Shown here: positions 15,899-25,807 of the stretch, one piece after another | Position numbering within the stretch: position 1 is the first letter of the stretch | Layout: every line of letters starts with the position of its first letter | Translations under genes and position numbers: made by a program | The notes under the pieces: model-generated | Databases searched by the model: none | What the model was told of the DNA's origin: nothing | Seen by the model: only the letters and a program-made list of their open reading frames with translations | Assembly: GCF_008000775.2 (NCBI RefSeq) | Contig: NZ_CP042905.2 | Coordinates: forward strand, 2,820,001-2,852,000 | Length of the DNA stretch: 32,000 nucleotides | Reading direction: 5' to 3' | From: Promethearchaeum syntrophicum | GTDB taxonomy: Archaea > Asgardarchaeota > Lokiarchaeia > Sigyniarchaeales > Promethearchaeaceae

Positions 15899-17653
15899 AT
15901 GAAAATTAACTCCCGAATCGAGCTTTTGAATTTAGAATCGAGGAATGGAAAAGAAAAAATTTCATTTCCACCCTTATCAGATGAAGAAATAGAGATTATA
16001 AACCCGATTGTTCCTCCAACCTCAGGAATTAGAATGAAAATTTATGAAAAACAAAATAGTACTTACATAATGACCAAAAGGGCACAATACATGTTTCTCC
16101 GCGTGTTTAAAGCTGTTAGTGAAATAAGTAAAGAAGAAATAAATAAAAAAAATCCAGGGGTTCTTTTAGTTTCTGATGATCGCCCCTCAGCAAATTATCT
16201 TATGGGATATTTTACCAAAATTTTATCTGCTGAAGGTTACCAGATTTACTATCAAAAACCTACAGGTTCAAAAGCAGAATCTGAAGCAAAAAATGCTCCG
16301 TTTTACAGTCGCATGAGTACACCTTATGGAAGTGCCAGTGTACTCTTATATGATGAAATCGACTTAGTAATTGTTCTTACAGCTAGTCATAATGATATTC
16401 TTTGGAATGGTGTTAAATTCTACATTGAACGACCAATGCCAATTAGCGGGAGAATAATGAAGAAAATTTCTAAGAAAGCTCTTGAATTAAGGGAAATTTC
16501 TATGGATTCTGAATTTTCAATAAAATCCATTGATGCAGATAAGAAAAATAATGATTATATAATGAATATTGTTCAAGATATTTTAGATCTCTCGATTTTA
16601 GAGGGCCGAAAAATTATTCTCTGGTCATATATGGGTACTGCACCCGAGATTCAAGCATTATTTAAGCATTTAGGTGTAAATATTATTCTTATTGATGAAC
16701 AAATGGAACCTCCCAATCCAACAGTAAATATCAACCATGAAAAGATTGAAAAATTAATGAAAGAAAAAGATGTAAAAATCGCAATTCTTCTTGATTCAGA
16801 TCGAGATAGACTTGTAATTATTCACCACAATAAAGGAACAGGAGAATTTAAAACGCTTTTACCTAATACACTCTATCCTGCAATGCACAATATTCTAATA
16901 AACAAATTCAATCAAAAAATTATAAATGTGAGAACAATTCCAAGTGATCCTAGAAGTGACAAATACTCAAAATTAAATTTTATTACCGGTGTTGGCTATA
17001 AACATTTAGGTATGGTTTTATATTCCGCGATGGGAAAAAAAATTGAGAGGGATAAATTCCAATCAAGCATCTTATACGTAGAAACGTCTCATGGTTATAA
17101 AAAAATTGAGTCGCCTGAAGATATACAGAAAATAATTCTAGATTCAGATATTACAGGAGATAATATTTTACTTGTGATGTGGGAAGAATCAGGAGGGCAT
17201 ACTATAAATATTCTTCAGATTGCCCAAAATGGCAAAAAAATTACAATTAACCCAAAATATCCGGCCATAGGCGATAAATATCCCGCTGAAGCAATTTTGA
17301 TTATCTCAACGCTTATTGAAATGGGATATGATTTATCTGAATATGTTGATCAGAAAATAACAGGGTCTCGTACAATGATATCCGGTGATGATAAGCGAAA
17401 AATGAAAATAGTTAATACTTTTGCAAAGATGAAAGATCAATCATTAACAATAAATAATAGGAGTTATAAAATCGGTACATTTGAAGAAGTGGAAGGAAAA
17501 ATATCAATTATTCATTTATGGAACGAAAACAGCAACATATATTTTAGACCTTCAGGTACTGGTCCAGGGGTTCGTATTTATTATTTCGGTTCAAAAACTA
17601 ATGCAGAAACTGAGCTATCAGAAGTAAAAGAGAAAATTGAAGATATGTTTTAA
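15899..17653 (+). CDS. Alpha-D-phosphohexomutase (phosphoglucomutase/phosphomannomutase family)
   Basis: All four signature loops are present. The catalytic Ser loop is LTASHNDILWNGVKF. The metal loop is LLDSDRDRL (D-x-D-x-D-R). The sugar loop is WEESGGH. The phosphate loop is RPSGTGPGVRIY. Confidence 0.9.
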   Translation: MKINSRIELLNLESRNGKEKISFPPLSDEEIEIINPIVPPTSGIRMKIYEKQNSTYIMTKRAQYMFLRVFKAVSEISKEEINKKNPGVLLVSDDRPSANYLMGYFTKILSAEGYQIYYQKPTGSKAESEAKNAPFYSRMSTPYGSASVLLYDEIDLVIVLTASHNDILWNGVKFYIERPMPISGRIMKKISKKALELREISMDSEFSIKSIDADKKNNDYIMNIVQDILDLSILEGRKIILWSYMGTAPEIQALFKHLGVNIILIDEQMEPPNPTVNINHEKIEKLMKEKDVKIAILLDSDRDRLVIIHHNKGTGEFKTLLPNTLYPAMHNILINKFNQKIINVRTIPSDPRSDKYSKLNFITGVGYKHLGMVLYSAMGKKIERDKFQSSILYVETSHGYKKIESPEDIQKIILDSDITGDNILLVMWEESGGHTINILQIAQNGKKITINPKYPAIGDKYPAEAILIISTLIEMGYDLSEYVDQKITGSRTMISGDDKRKMKIVNTFAKMKDQSLTINNRSYKIGTFEEVEGKISIIHLWNENSNIYFRPSGTGPGVRIYYFGSKTNAETELSEVKEKIEDMF

Positions 17654-17706
17654 TTATAAAGTTTGAACGAGTTTTGAAATTTGCATATTGTTCAATTTAC
17701 CAGAAG

Positions 17707-18705
17707 TTAAAAAGAATTTAAATCCAATTCATCTTCATCGTCTATTAGAATATCAGATAATTCAATTTCATTCACAATCTCCCTAATATTTTTAGGCATA
17801 CTTTTGAATTCCTCTGGGGAAATGTGAATTATGAGGTTGCTCTCAATTATTTTTTCAAATGATATAGTTTCCATTTCTCGATAATTTTGTTCTTCTTTGG
17901 GTTGTTCAGCTAGAGATTTTTTATTGTCATTTACCTCATCTATGACTTCTTCTTCTTCATCTTCTTCATATATACCCAATTTCTTCTTCAATTGCATATC
18001 ATTGTACAAAAAACATTCAAGAAGATCATCATAGAACATTATTGGAACCACGGCTTTTCGGTAGGTTTTATTTTCTAATTCATTCACAATGTCAAATTCA
18101 ACAATATCGGGAAAATAATGTTCCTTTTTGATTTTATACATTCGATCTTCCTTGATTTTACCCTTATAGTATAATTGAATAGTATTTTCGTCAATTCGTT
18201 TTTGACAGTAATCTATCATTGTCTTAATGTAAAGTAGAAGGGCTTGATCAGAATTTTGGGAATTCAAAAAATCAACATATGCATCCAAATAAGATTTCAG
18301 AATAAAAGTCATATCTCTTGAATAATCAGGAATTTGAGCGATTAGTGGTTTGGATTTCTCCCACCATTTTTGAATTTTGTCTTTAGTTAATTTCCGATGA
18401 ACTAATTCACGATATTTTTTTTTTGCGAAATATACGAGGTTTTGAAAAAAATGAGAATACAATTTATGATAATTATAAGTAATGACTTGCCCATTATATG
18501 TTTTCGAATATACATCTTCAGGAAAAATAGTTAATGTTGGTTCTCCATTGCTGATTTTATCAATTCTCATAGGTAAAGGCATAATAGGGTTTGATAACAT
18601 TTCACTTGGAAAAATATCAATAAAAAAAATCATGGGTGCACCATCACTACTTCGTGAAGGAATCTTTGATGGAATTTTTTTTGACGATGGTAATTTAGAA
18701 AACAT
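17707..18705 (-). CDS. Hypothetical protein with a highly acidic C-terminal third
   Basis: 332-aa ORF with no recognisable family. The C-terminus is EEDEEEEVIDEV... ending DDEDELDLNSF. Confidence 0.5.
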   Translation of the reverse strand: MFSKLPSSKKIPSKIPSRSSDGAPMIFFIDIFPSEMLSNPIMPLPMRIDKISNGEPTLTIFPEDVYSKTYNGQVITYNYHKLYSHFFQNLVYFAKKKYRELVHRKLTKDKIQKWWEKSKPLIAQIPDYSRDMTFILKSYLDAYVDFLNSQNSDQALLLYIKTMIDYCQKRIDENTIQLYYKGKIKEDRMYKIKKEHYFPDIVEFDIVNELENKTYRKAVVPIMFYDDLLECFLYNDMQLKKKLGIYEEDEEEEVIDEVNDNKKSLAEQPKEEQNYREMETISFEKIIESNLIIHISPEEFKSMPKNIREIVNEIELSDILIDDEDELDLNSF

Positions 18706-18920
18706 TCTTAATCTATCTATTATCTCACAGAATAAATTTCTTTCTTTTTTTAATTCTTAAGGTAATATTCCCGAATTACTAAAAATGATCAATTATATGA
18801 TAAACAATAGATGATGTTCCGTTAAAGGAAATTGAATTTTTTAAATTAGTAAAAAATCCATAGAAAATACCCTAAAACTTGTTTTACTTAATGTTTTCTG
18901 ATTAAAATAGAAGAAAAGAA

Positions 18921-20397
18921 CAGTCTTCAAGGTTATAAACTCGACGACAAAAAACGTCCCTAAGTCTAATCTATGAAAACTATAGAAGATATAAAGGGGA
19001 AAGGAGAATATTTATATGATTATTTATGAATATTGCAAGGAGTCGTTCGATTCCCACATCGAAAACCCTTCCTTTCCCTAAAGATATATTTCTCCTAGGA
19101 GAATTTAAATCTTTGGTTAACAGTTTGGTCACTCGATTAGGAATCGCGAAAAGATTTAAGCCCAGGCTTTATTCATATGCAGATTTTGTGTTTGTTAAAT
19201 TTTATGCTCTAACAACTTCAATACCAATCGAAAGAGCTTCAGAACGCCTTAATAAATGGCTGATATTCCAATATTTCAAGAAATACAAGTTAAAACCAAA
19301 AAATTTTCAAGACGGAGTTCGTAAACGGCGCTTAGTACCACATCAAACCGATGTTGATAAATTTTTCAGATTGTTATCTGAAAAAGAAGTCAATATGTTG
19401 TTCGGAAATCTATTAATGAACGTTGTACTGAAGGTTAAAGCTAGATGTATCGGAGGATCAAAACTCAGATTCTTAGTTGACAACACTGAATATGCATATT
19501 ATGGCAAGCCCAACTCGCTTTTTGAAATTGGAACCAATCGAAAACCAGGAACTCGGTTCTGTCGCATGTTTCAAGGGCATGCACTTCACGGATCTGGAAT
19601 GACATTGTTTACTGATTTCTATTTACTTCAAAAAGGGAAATATCGTTGTCTTAACATCCCTCATTCGGTAGAATGGATAAGGTGGTCGGGAATTAATCTT
19701 TCCTATTCTCTCATGGATAGAGAATTTTACCGCGCCGCCTTAATCAAAGATCTTAAAACCTGTAAACTTCCAGTTCTTATTCCCGCGAAGAAATATCCCG
19801 GAATTAAAAGAAAAATCAAAGATTTCTTGCTCGGAATAGGTCCATTGGTATCAGTTTATCACTTTTCACAAACCCAAAAGGTAAAACCATGGCCGAGTTC
19901 GGTTCATGTGAATTTTGTCGTTATTGGCCATAAAAATGTATTAGCAACCGAAATACGGCGCCAATTCAGACAAGGTATTTTAACGTTCGATGAAGCAATA
20001 AAACAGTTAGCAGGGTTCTTTACAACTCTCAAACCTTGGAAAAATCATTCACGATGGGCTAAATGGCTTTCACGAGCATATAAAAAAAGATGGAATGAAG
20101 AGACGGGGTTCAGTAAGTTGAATGATATTCACAAAAGTTTCCGGAATCATTATCCGAATGTGCAATTATCTCAGCTCTATATGAGAGCAATAATTTATAA
20201 CAATTGGCAATATTTCAAAAGAGAAGCAGAAAAATCAGGAATTAAAGCCTCAAAGAGAACTTTAGCTGTGTTTTTAGAGATATTAGAATGGAGGATCTAT
20301 AATCTAATTGAACAATCAGTGAGTTATAATTTAAAATATTTACAGAAAAAAAGAAGGAGGTTATATTTTGAAAGTTAATTTATAACCTTAAAGACTG
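18921..20397 (+). mobile_element. Complete insertion sequence (IS4/IS5-superfamily DDE transposase), 1477 bp
   Basis: The 19-bp terminal inverted repeats are cagtcttcaaggttataaa (18921-18939) and tttataaccttaaagactg (20379-20397), matching 18 of 19 as reverse complements. They bracket a single transposase ORF. A flanking direct repeat aaaagaa occurs at 18914-18920 and 20398-20404. Confidence 0.8.
19026..20378 (+). CDS. DDE transposase (IS4/IS5-like, DDE_Tnp_1 type)
   Basis: The candidate catalytic triad context is LRFLVDNTEYAYYG (D), SLMDREFYRAAL (D) and YKKRWNEETGFSKL (the Y-x2-R-x3-E signature of IS4-type enzymes). Confidence 0.8.
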   Translation: MNIARSRSIPTSKTLPFPKDIFLLGEFKSLVNSLVTRLGIAKRFKPRLYSYADFVFVKFYALTTSIPIERASERLNKWLIFQYFKKYKLKPKNFQDGVRKRRLVPHQTDVDKFFRLLSEKEVNMLFGNLLMNVVLKVKARCIGGSKLRFLVDNTEYAYYGKPNSLFEIGTNRKPGTRFCRMFQGHALHGSGMTLFTDFYLLQKGKYRCLNIPHSVEWIRWSGINLSYSLMDREFYRAALIKDLKTCKLPVLIPAKKYPGIKRKIKDFLLGIGPLVSVYHFSQTQKVKPWPSSVHVNFVVIGHKNVLATEIRRQFRQGILTFDEAIKQLAGFFTTLKPWKNHSRWAKWLSRAYKKRWNEETGFSKLNDIHKSFRNHYPNVQLSQLYMRAIIYNNWQYFKREAEKSGIKASKRTLAVFLEILEWRIYNLIEQSVSYNLKYLQKKRRRLYFES

Positions 20398-20411
20398 AAA
20401 AGAAAAAAAGA

Positions 20412-21434
20412 TTATGCCTTTGATCGGGGATCAAGGGCATCTCGTAGTCCATCCCCTAATAACATAAATCCTAATACGGCTAGCATAACCATAAATCCTG
20501 GCCAGATTGCAGCCCATGGGGCATCCATTAATTTAATTCTGTTAGTATTGATGTCAGCACCCCATTCAACTAACCCAGAGGGTCCAAAGCCAAGAAAAGA
20601 TAAAGCAGCAAAACCAAGAATAGTTCCTCCTAAATCAAAGGTCACCGAAATAATTATCGGAGTCATAGCGTTAGGTAAAATATGTCGAAACATCACTCTA
20701 CCTGGTTTAGCACCAGACACTAATGCCGCTTCAACATATATCTTTTCCTTTTCCTGTAAAACTGAACTGCGAACTAACCTAGAATAAAAGGGTATGCCTA
20801 AAATTCCGAAGACATACATAATCATTTCAATATCTTGTTGCCCAAATGAGGCAATTATCAAAATTAACAAAATTAAGCTTGGAAATGCCATAATAATATC
20901 TGCTGCCCGCATTATTATGGAATCCGTTATTCCTCCGGTATATGCGGAGAATACTCCAATAATTACTCCAATTGTTACACTTATTACAATAGCTCCTAAT
21001 CCAAGCGTCAATGATACCCTTCCTCCCCACATTAATCTTCCAAATACATCCTGACCGAATTCTGTCGTGCCTAAAATGTGTTGCGCATCTGGGGGTTGAT
21101 ATTCTGATCGAGTCATATCAATACCCTGAAGTTCTGTCATTGTATATGGCGAGAGCCAAGCGGCAAAAACTGCAAAAGTAACAATTGCTACTAGTATTAT
21201 TATTCCCACATAAGTTAAAGGAGATTTAATTCTTCGTAATAAACTTCGTTTACTCTTATATTTGTTCAAAACAAACTTTCGTAACTTCAACGTTTCATCA
21301 ATTTCATTTCTTTTAAACAGATATTTTAAATAATGTGGAGTAATTAACTCGCTAAATTGATTTTCAAACGTTAATTCTTTTTCTAAATCAATAGATTCAG
21401 CCTTTTCTATTTCTGCGTATGTAATTTCACTCAT
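20412..21434 (-). CDS. ABC peptide/nickel transporter permease, OppC/DppC-like
   Basis: It has multiple TM helices and the EAA-loop region YVEAALVSGAKPGRVMFRHILPNAMTPIII, which is typical of binding-protein-dependent transport permeases. The N-terminal extension before TM1 matches OppC-type subunits. Confidence 0.88.
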   Translation of the reverse strand: MSEITYAEIEKAESIDLEKELTFENQFSELITPHYLKYLFKRNEIDETLKLRKFVLNKYKSKRSLLRRIKSPLTYVGIIILVAIVTFAVFAAWLSPYTMTELQGIDMTRSEYQPPDAQHILGTTEFGQDVFGRLMWGGRVSLTLGLGAIVISVTIGVIIGVFSAYTGGITDSIIMRAADIIMAFPSLILLILIIASFGQQDIEMIMYVFGILGIPFYSRLVRSSVLQEKEKIYVEAALVSGAKPGRVMFRHILPNAMTPIIISVTFDLGGTILGFAALSFLGFGPSGLVEWGADINTNRIKLMDAPWAAIWPGFMVMLAVLGFMLLGDGLRDALDPRSKA

Positions 21435-21458
21435 AATAATTCATCTTCCTTGTTCATT

Positions 21459-22475
21459 TTAATATCTAATTCGTGGGTCCATTATCCCATAGAGAATATC
21501 GCTAACTAAATTAGCGGTCATAAAGATTCCAGTGGTTAATAGTACGAGAGCATTAATTACAAAATAATCCCGATTTTGTATTGCACCAATCATTAGACTC
21601 CCAAAACCATCAAGGGCAAATGTGGTTTCTGTAAGCACTGCACCACCTAATAATCCCCCTATTCTAATCCCAATTATTGTAATTGTGGGGATCATGGCGT
21701 TTTTCAAAGCGTGTTTATTAATTACATCCTTTTCTTTACATCCCTTTGCTCTTGCTGATCGAATATAATCTAATTCTAAAACTTCAAGCATACTTGATCG
21801 AGTTTGACGAGTAATTGAAGCTAAACCGACAAAAGCTAAACAAAATACAGGTAAAATCATATGCCAGATTATATCCAATAAAATATCGAATCTCCCCATA
21901 AGTATCGAATCTATCGTATGGAACCCAGTTACTTTAATAAGTGCTATATTATAATATGGGGAAATTCCATGGATAGTTGGAAAGAGGCTAAGTTCTAATG
22001 CAAAAAGATATTTCAATACCATCCCTAACCAGAATATTGGAATTGATACACCAAGAAGAGCAATAAAACGTACAATAGTGTCTTTTGGGTTGTTTTTATT
22101 GACTGAAGAAAATACTCCCGCTCTAATTCCAATACTTATTGCAAAAATTTGTGAAAGTACTGCGAGTTCGATTGTTAAAGGGGCTTTTTGCCAGATATAA
22201 GTCCATACTGGAATTCCCTCTGCTAAAGATATTGAATTCCCCCAGTCTCCTTGCAGTATTCTACCTAAATACATCCAAAGTTGAATGTATATGGGTTCAT
22301 TTAACCCAAGTGCATCTTCAGCAATTCCTGCTGTTACATAATTTATCTTCGTTCCCTCTTGGTTAAAAGGACTCCCAGGTAATTGTAAAGATAATACAAA
22401 TGTGAGCAGTAACACTCCAATTAAAATTGGAATCATTGCTAAAATTCTTCTTGTTACATAACTTATTAAACTCAT
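21459..22475 (-). CDS. ABC peptide/nickel transporter permease, OppB/DppB-like
   Basis: The N-terminus SYVTRRILAMIPILIGVLLLTFVL is typical, and the EAA-loop is DYIRSARAKGCKEKDVINKHALKNAMIPTITI. Confidence 0.88.
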   Translation of the reverse strand: MSLISYVTRRILAMIPILIGVLLLTFVLSLQLPGSPFNQEGTKINYVTAGIAEDALGLNEPIYIQLWMYLGRILQGDWGNSISLAEGIPVWTYIWQKAPLTIELAVLSQIFAISIGIRAGVFSSVNKNNPKDTIVRFIALLGVSIPIFWLGMVLKYLFALELSLFPTIHGISPYYNIALIKVTGFHTIDSILMGRFDILLDIIWHMILPVFCLAFVGLASITRQTRSSMLEVLELDYIRSARAKGCKEKDVINKHALKNAMIPTITIIGIRIGGLLGGAVLTETTFALDGFGSLMIGAIQNRDYFVINALVLLTTGIFMTANLVSDILYGIMDPRIRY

Positions 22476-22975
22476 TCTACAATCATCCTCTTCTTTGATC
22501 TATACTCTAACATTTTGATTTTTAAAAAACCTCCTAGAATTGCTGATCCAACTGTAATAATGAGTAGAATAACAATATTTACATATCCTTCCCATGAGAG
22601 GAAATAGTCTCGAAAAGGATATAAAATTCTCCATATCAAATCCACATCAAAATTACCTAATCCGTTAATTAAATGCCATATAATAGAAGAAATTAATATA
22701 AAAGGAACTATTCTTAGGCAATTTTTTACTCCATCTACTAATAAATCTTCAGAAAAAGCAACACCACATAAAATTATTATCAATATAAATATGGTATACC
22801 ATGAACTAGCGCTAAAAAAACTCTTAAAAACAAATAGCACTTTATCGTCGACATCTTTTCCATAAATATTAGCGATGGCCCCAAAAAAGAAAAAATGAAT
22901 CACCAATAAGGAAATAATAAATCTCCCCGTTTTTGTTTTATCTACCATTTTTTTCTTTATATTTGAAGTTTCCAT
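22472..22975 (-). CDS. Polytopic membrane protein translationally coupled to the oppB-like gene
   Basis: 167-aa ORF with four to five hydrophobic helices. Its stop overlaps the oppB-like start by 4 nt (ATGA). No recognisable family. Confidence 0.55.
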   Translation of the reverse strand: METSNIKKKMVDKTKTGRFIISLLVIHFFFFGAIANIYGKDVDDKVLFVFKSFFSASSWYTIFILIIILCGVAFSEDLLVDGVKNCLRIVPFILISSIIWHLINGLGNFDVDLIWRILYPFRDYFLSWEGYVNIVILLIITVGSAILGGFLKIKMLEYRSKKRMIVE

Positions 22976-24012
22976 TTTAATCGCGTAAATCCGTTAATAT
23001 AATTTTAAGACAATTTTTATTCCTATAAAAAATTATGTAAACAAAAAAAATAGATTAAGCAAATCCTCATTTGATTATAAAAATATTTATATATTATTTT
23101 ATATTTAAAAATACTCATTATTGAAAGACATTATACGCGCTATTTTAATTTTAAAATAACCTTTTGTCTTTTTTCTTGACTTTGTCATTAATCTGTTAAT
23201 TTGACTATTCAAATTTTGTACAATTCCGCCTTTTAGTTTATTAAATTGATGGATAGGAAACACTAATTAAAGGATGTGACCTATGGAGATACGATTAGTC
23301 ATCAAATTAAGAGATAATGAAATTTTTCATTTTTTTAGAATCGTTCGAAATACTTATTATCAATATCGAAAATTTCTTTCGATCTCGGAATAGGATAAAA
23401 ACTTCAAGGAGAGAGTTGATCAAGTTCTTAAATTATTGAAATATCCTGCAGTTCTTAAGGTTAAATGGTTCAAGGCACCTGTTTAAAAATCGTCTTTCAC
23501 ATTAAAAAGACAGAATTCAGGGTGAGAAAATATAAAAAATATTTATTTCATATTCGATATTTTCATTCTGAGAAATTTCAAAAAATGATTTATTGGAGAA
23601 TGTTTGGGTATGTTTTGGGATCTTATTTTAATGAACAAAATTATCATTAATAAAAGCATACAAAATTACTATCACTACCAAGAAATATGGATTGAAATTA
23701 TAGATTGTGTATCTCTAAGATTTTAATACTACATTTTAGTTTTTGTTTTACTTAATCAATGCTATTTCGGTCCATATTAGAATTCATAACCATCCATCTA
23801 GTCTGATTAGTTTTTTCATTTGGCAAATCAAAAAATTCATGATTTTTGCTTGAAAAAAAAAATCTTGATGTTTTCAAAGTAAGAACCCTTTTATAAACCT
23901 TCAATCATATTAATAAAAATTTTGAAAATATTTATTAACTAGGTTGATTAAGATTTTATTACCCGATATAAAAAAAAGCGTTTTAATTTATAAAAGGGTA
24001 AAGGTAATAAAA

Positions 24013-25794
24013 ATGAAAAAATCTAAAGTTATAATATCCGTAATTGTGATGTTATCCCTTATGTCTATTTATATACCAAATGTAATGGCTGAAGAAGAAG
24101 ATTCTAAATTCATGCCTTTTACAGTTGGTGTTTCGGATACTCCACAAAATGTTGATCCTGCAAATGCTTATGATAGTGTATCATATGATACATTAAACCA
24201 AGTATATGAAGGATTATACACCTATAACCTTTCTTCTCCTGCAATGGAATCTATTCCGTTGTTGGCTAAAGAAATGGGAAACTGGTCAGCAGATAATTTG
24301 AATTTAACCATTGCTCTTCGAGAAGATGTACTTTTCCATGATAATACTACATTTAATGCAACAGATGTCAAATGGAATTTCGATCGAATTTTCTACTTTG
24401 CCGAAGAACAAAGGAGTGATCCATATACTTTGTATTATAATGGAGAAAAATGGGGCGATGGTACTCCACAACTAATTGTTAATGAAACAATAATTGTAGA
24501 TGAATTTACAATCAAGTTCGTCTTAAATAAAGCATTCGGAATTTGGGATAAAATGTTAGCTTTCACCGGCTCCAGTATAATTAAACCAAATCCTGCATTT
24601 GAAAAAGAATTCTTGACCCTCAGTGATCCAGCAGTCGGAACTGGTCCATTTAAATTAACAGCAGTAGAACCAGACCAATATGTTACAATGGAGAAATTTG
24701 ATGATTATTATAGTGGTCCTGCAAACATTTCTAAAATTTATTACTCAGTAATTAAAGATGGTGAAGTTGCTTCCACAGCAATGTTGAACCATGAATTACA
24801 TTATGGTGGAGTTTTGGCAGAACATTTAGCCGAAGCAGAAGCAGATCCTGATATTACCATTGAACGAGTAAAAACCACTGTTGTATTTTATTTACAATTG
24901 GGGTATCACACACTCCCTCATGCAGTACGTAAAGCAATGCAATTTGGATGGAACTATACTTACTACCTTGAAGAAACCCTCCAAGGTGAAGCTTATGAAT
25001 TACACACACCAATTCCAGATGGAATGGAATTTTACAATCCGGATATTGAAGGATTACCTTATTATAATAAAACAATGGCTCGACAATTCTTGATTGATGA
25101 CCAAAGTGAATTAGAAAACCCTGTCCCTGCTGGTTTGACCGCAACTAGTCCAGATTCAGAATGGGAAGCAGTCGCTACTGGAGATAATCCTCTATTTACA
25201 TCTAACTTCACTCGATATACCTCAACCGGTCTTGAAAAAATTAAGACACAATTAATCGACAACTATGCAGACATTGGTATTAAAGTAGTAGATTGGCATA
25301 TTGGTGATTGGGGTACTTGGACAGAATGGAGTCAAACACCTGGAAACAAAGCTTTATTAGATATTTCAATGGGTGGGTGGGGTCCTGATTATAATGACGC
25401 CATTAACATGATTGAACCTATCTTCAAAACAAATGCAACCTACAATACTGCTCAAATTAATGAAACAGATCTCGATGATTTGATGGACGCAAATTTTGGA
25501 ATAACTGATACAGCTCTACGTCAAGCATCATTCGATGAAATTGTTACTAAACTTATTGTTGATTATGCCCCATGTTTCTATATTTACCAACGTGGTGGAC
25601 GTGAAGTCTATAACAATAAATATGTGAGCAATATCCAAGATATGTTAAACGTATTTGACAACACATATTGGTATAATGTAGAATATATCCCACAACCTGT
25701 TCCTGGAATTCCTGGATTCACTTTAGGATATATGTTAATTGCATGTTTAGGTGCAGTTTCTTTAGTCATTTTTGCCGTAAAGAAACGACATTAA
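24013..25794 (+). CDS. ABC transporter substrate-binding protein, family 5 (OppA/DppA-like), with signal peptide and C-terminal TM anchor
   Basis: NVDPANAYDSVSYDTLNQVYEGLYTY...LLAKEMGNWSADNLNLTIALREDVLFHDNTTFNATDVKWNF matches the SBP_bac_5 pattern. The N-terminal signal is MKKSKVIISVIVMLSLMSIY. The C-terminus is GFTLGYMLIACLGAVSLVIFAVKKRH. Many N-x-S/T sequons are present. The ATG at 24013 is preferred over the TTG at 23944. Confidence 0.88.
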   Translation: MKKSKVIISVIVMLSLMSIYIPNVMAEEEDSKFMPFTVGVSDTPQNVDPANAYDSVSYDTLNQVYEGLYTYNLSSPAMESIPLLAKEMGNWSADNLNLTIALREDVLFHDNTTFNATDVKWNFDRIFYFAEEQRSDPYTLYYNGEKWGDGTPQLIVNETIIVDEFTIKFVLNKAFGIWDKMLAFTGSSIIKPNPAFEKEFLTLSDPAVGTGPFKLTAVEPDQYVTMEKFDDYYSGPANISKIYYSVIKDGEVASTAMLNHELHYGGVLAEHLAEAEADPDITIERVKTTVVFYLQLGYHTLPHAVRKAMQFGWNYTYYLEETLQGEAYELHTPIPDGMEFYNPDIEGLPYYNKTMARQFLIDDQSELENPVPAGLTATSPDSEWEAVATGDNPLFTSNFTRYTSTGLEKIKTQLIDNYADIGIKVVDWHIGDWGTWTEWSQTPGNKALLDISMGGWGPDYNDAINMIEPIFKTNATYNTAQINETDLDDLMDANFGITDTALRQASFDEIVTKLIVDYAPCFYIYQRGGREVYNNKYVSNIQDMLNVFDNTYWYNVEYIPQPVPGIPGFTLGYMLIACLGAVSLVIFAVKKRH

Positions 25795-25807
25795 ATTGAA
25801 TATTAAT

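Noticed and set aside
23283-23486. 67-codon frame (MEIRLVIKLRDNEIFHFF...KERVDQVLKLLKYPAVLKVKWFKAPV) with a single in-frame TAG at 23391-23393 in the 970-bp divergent ABC intergenic region
   Set aside because: It has protein-like composition, but no recognisable family, no RBS and only one short frame. It could be a gene remnant, but I cannot support either a pseudogene call or stop-codon readthrough from sequence alone.
23465-23650. 61-aa + strand ORF in the same intergenic region
   Set aside because: The composition is rich in aromatic and basic residues (FHIRYFHSEKF, YWRMFGY) and atypical of real proteins. There is no start context. It is most likely a chance ORF.
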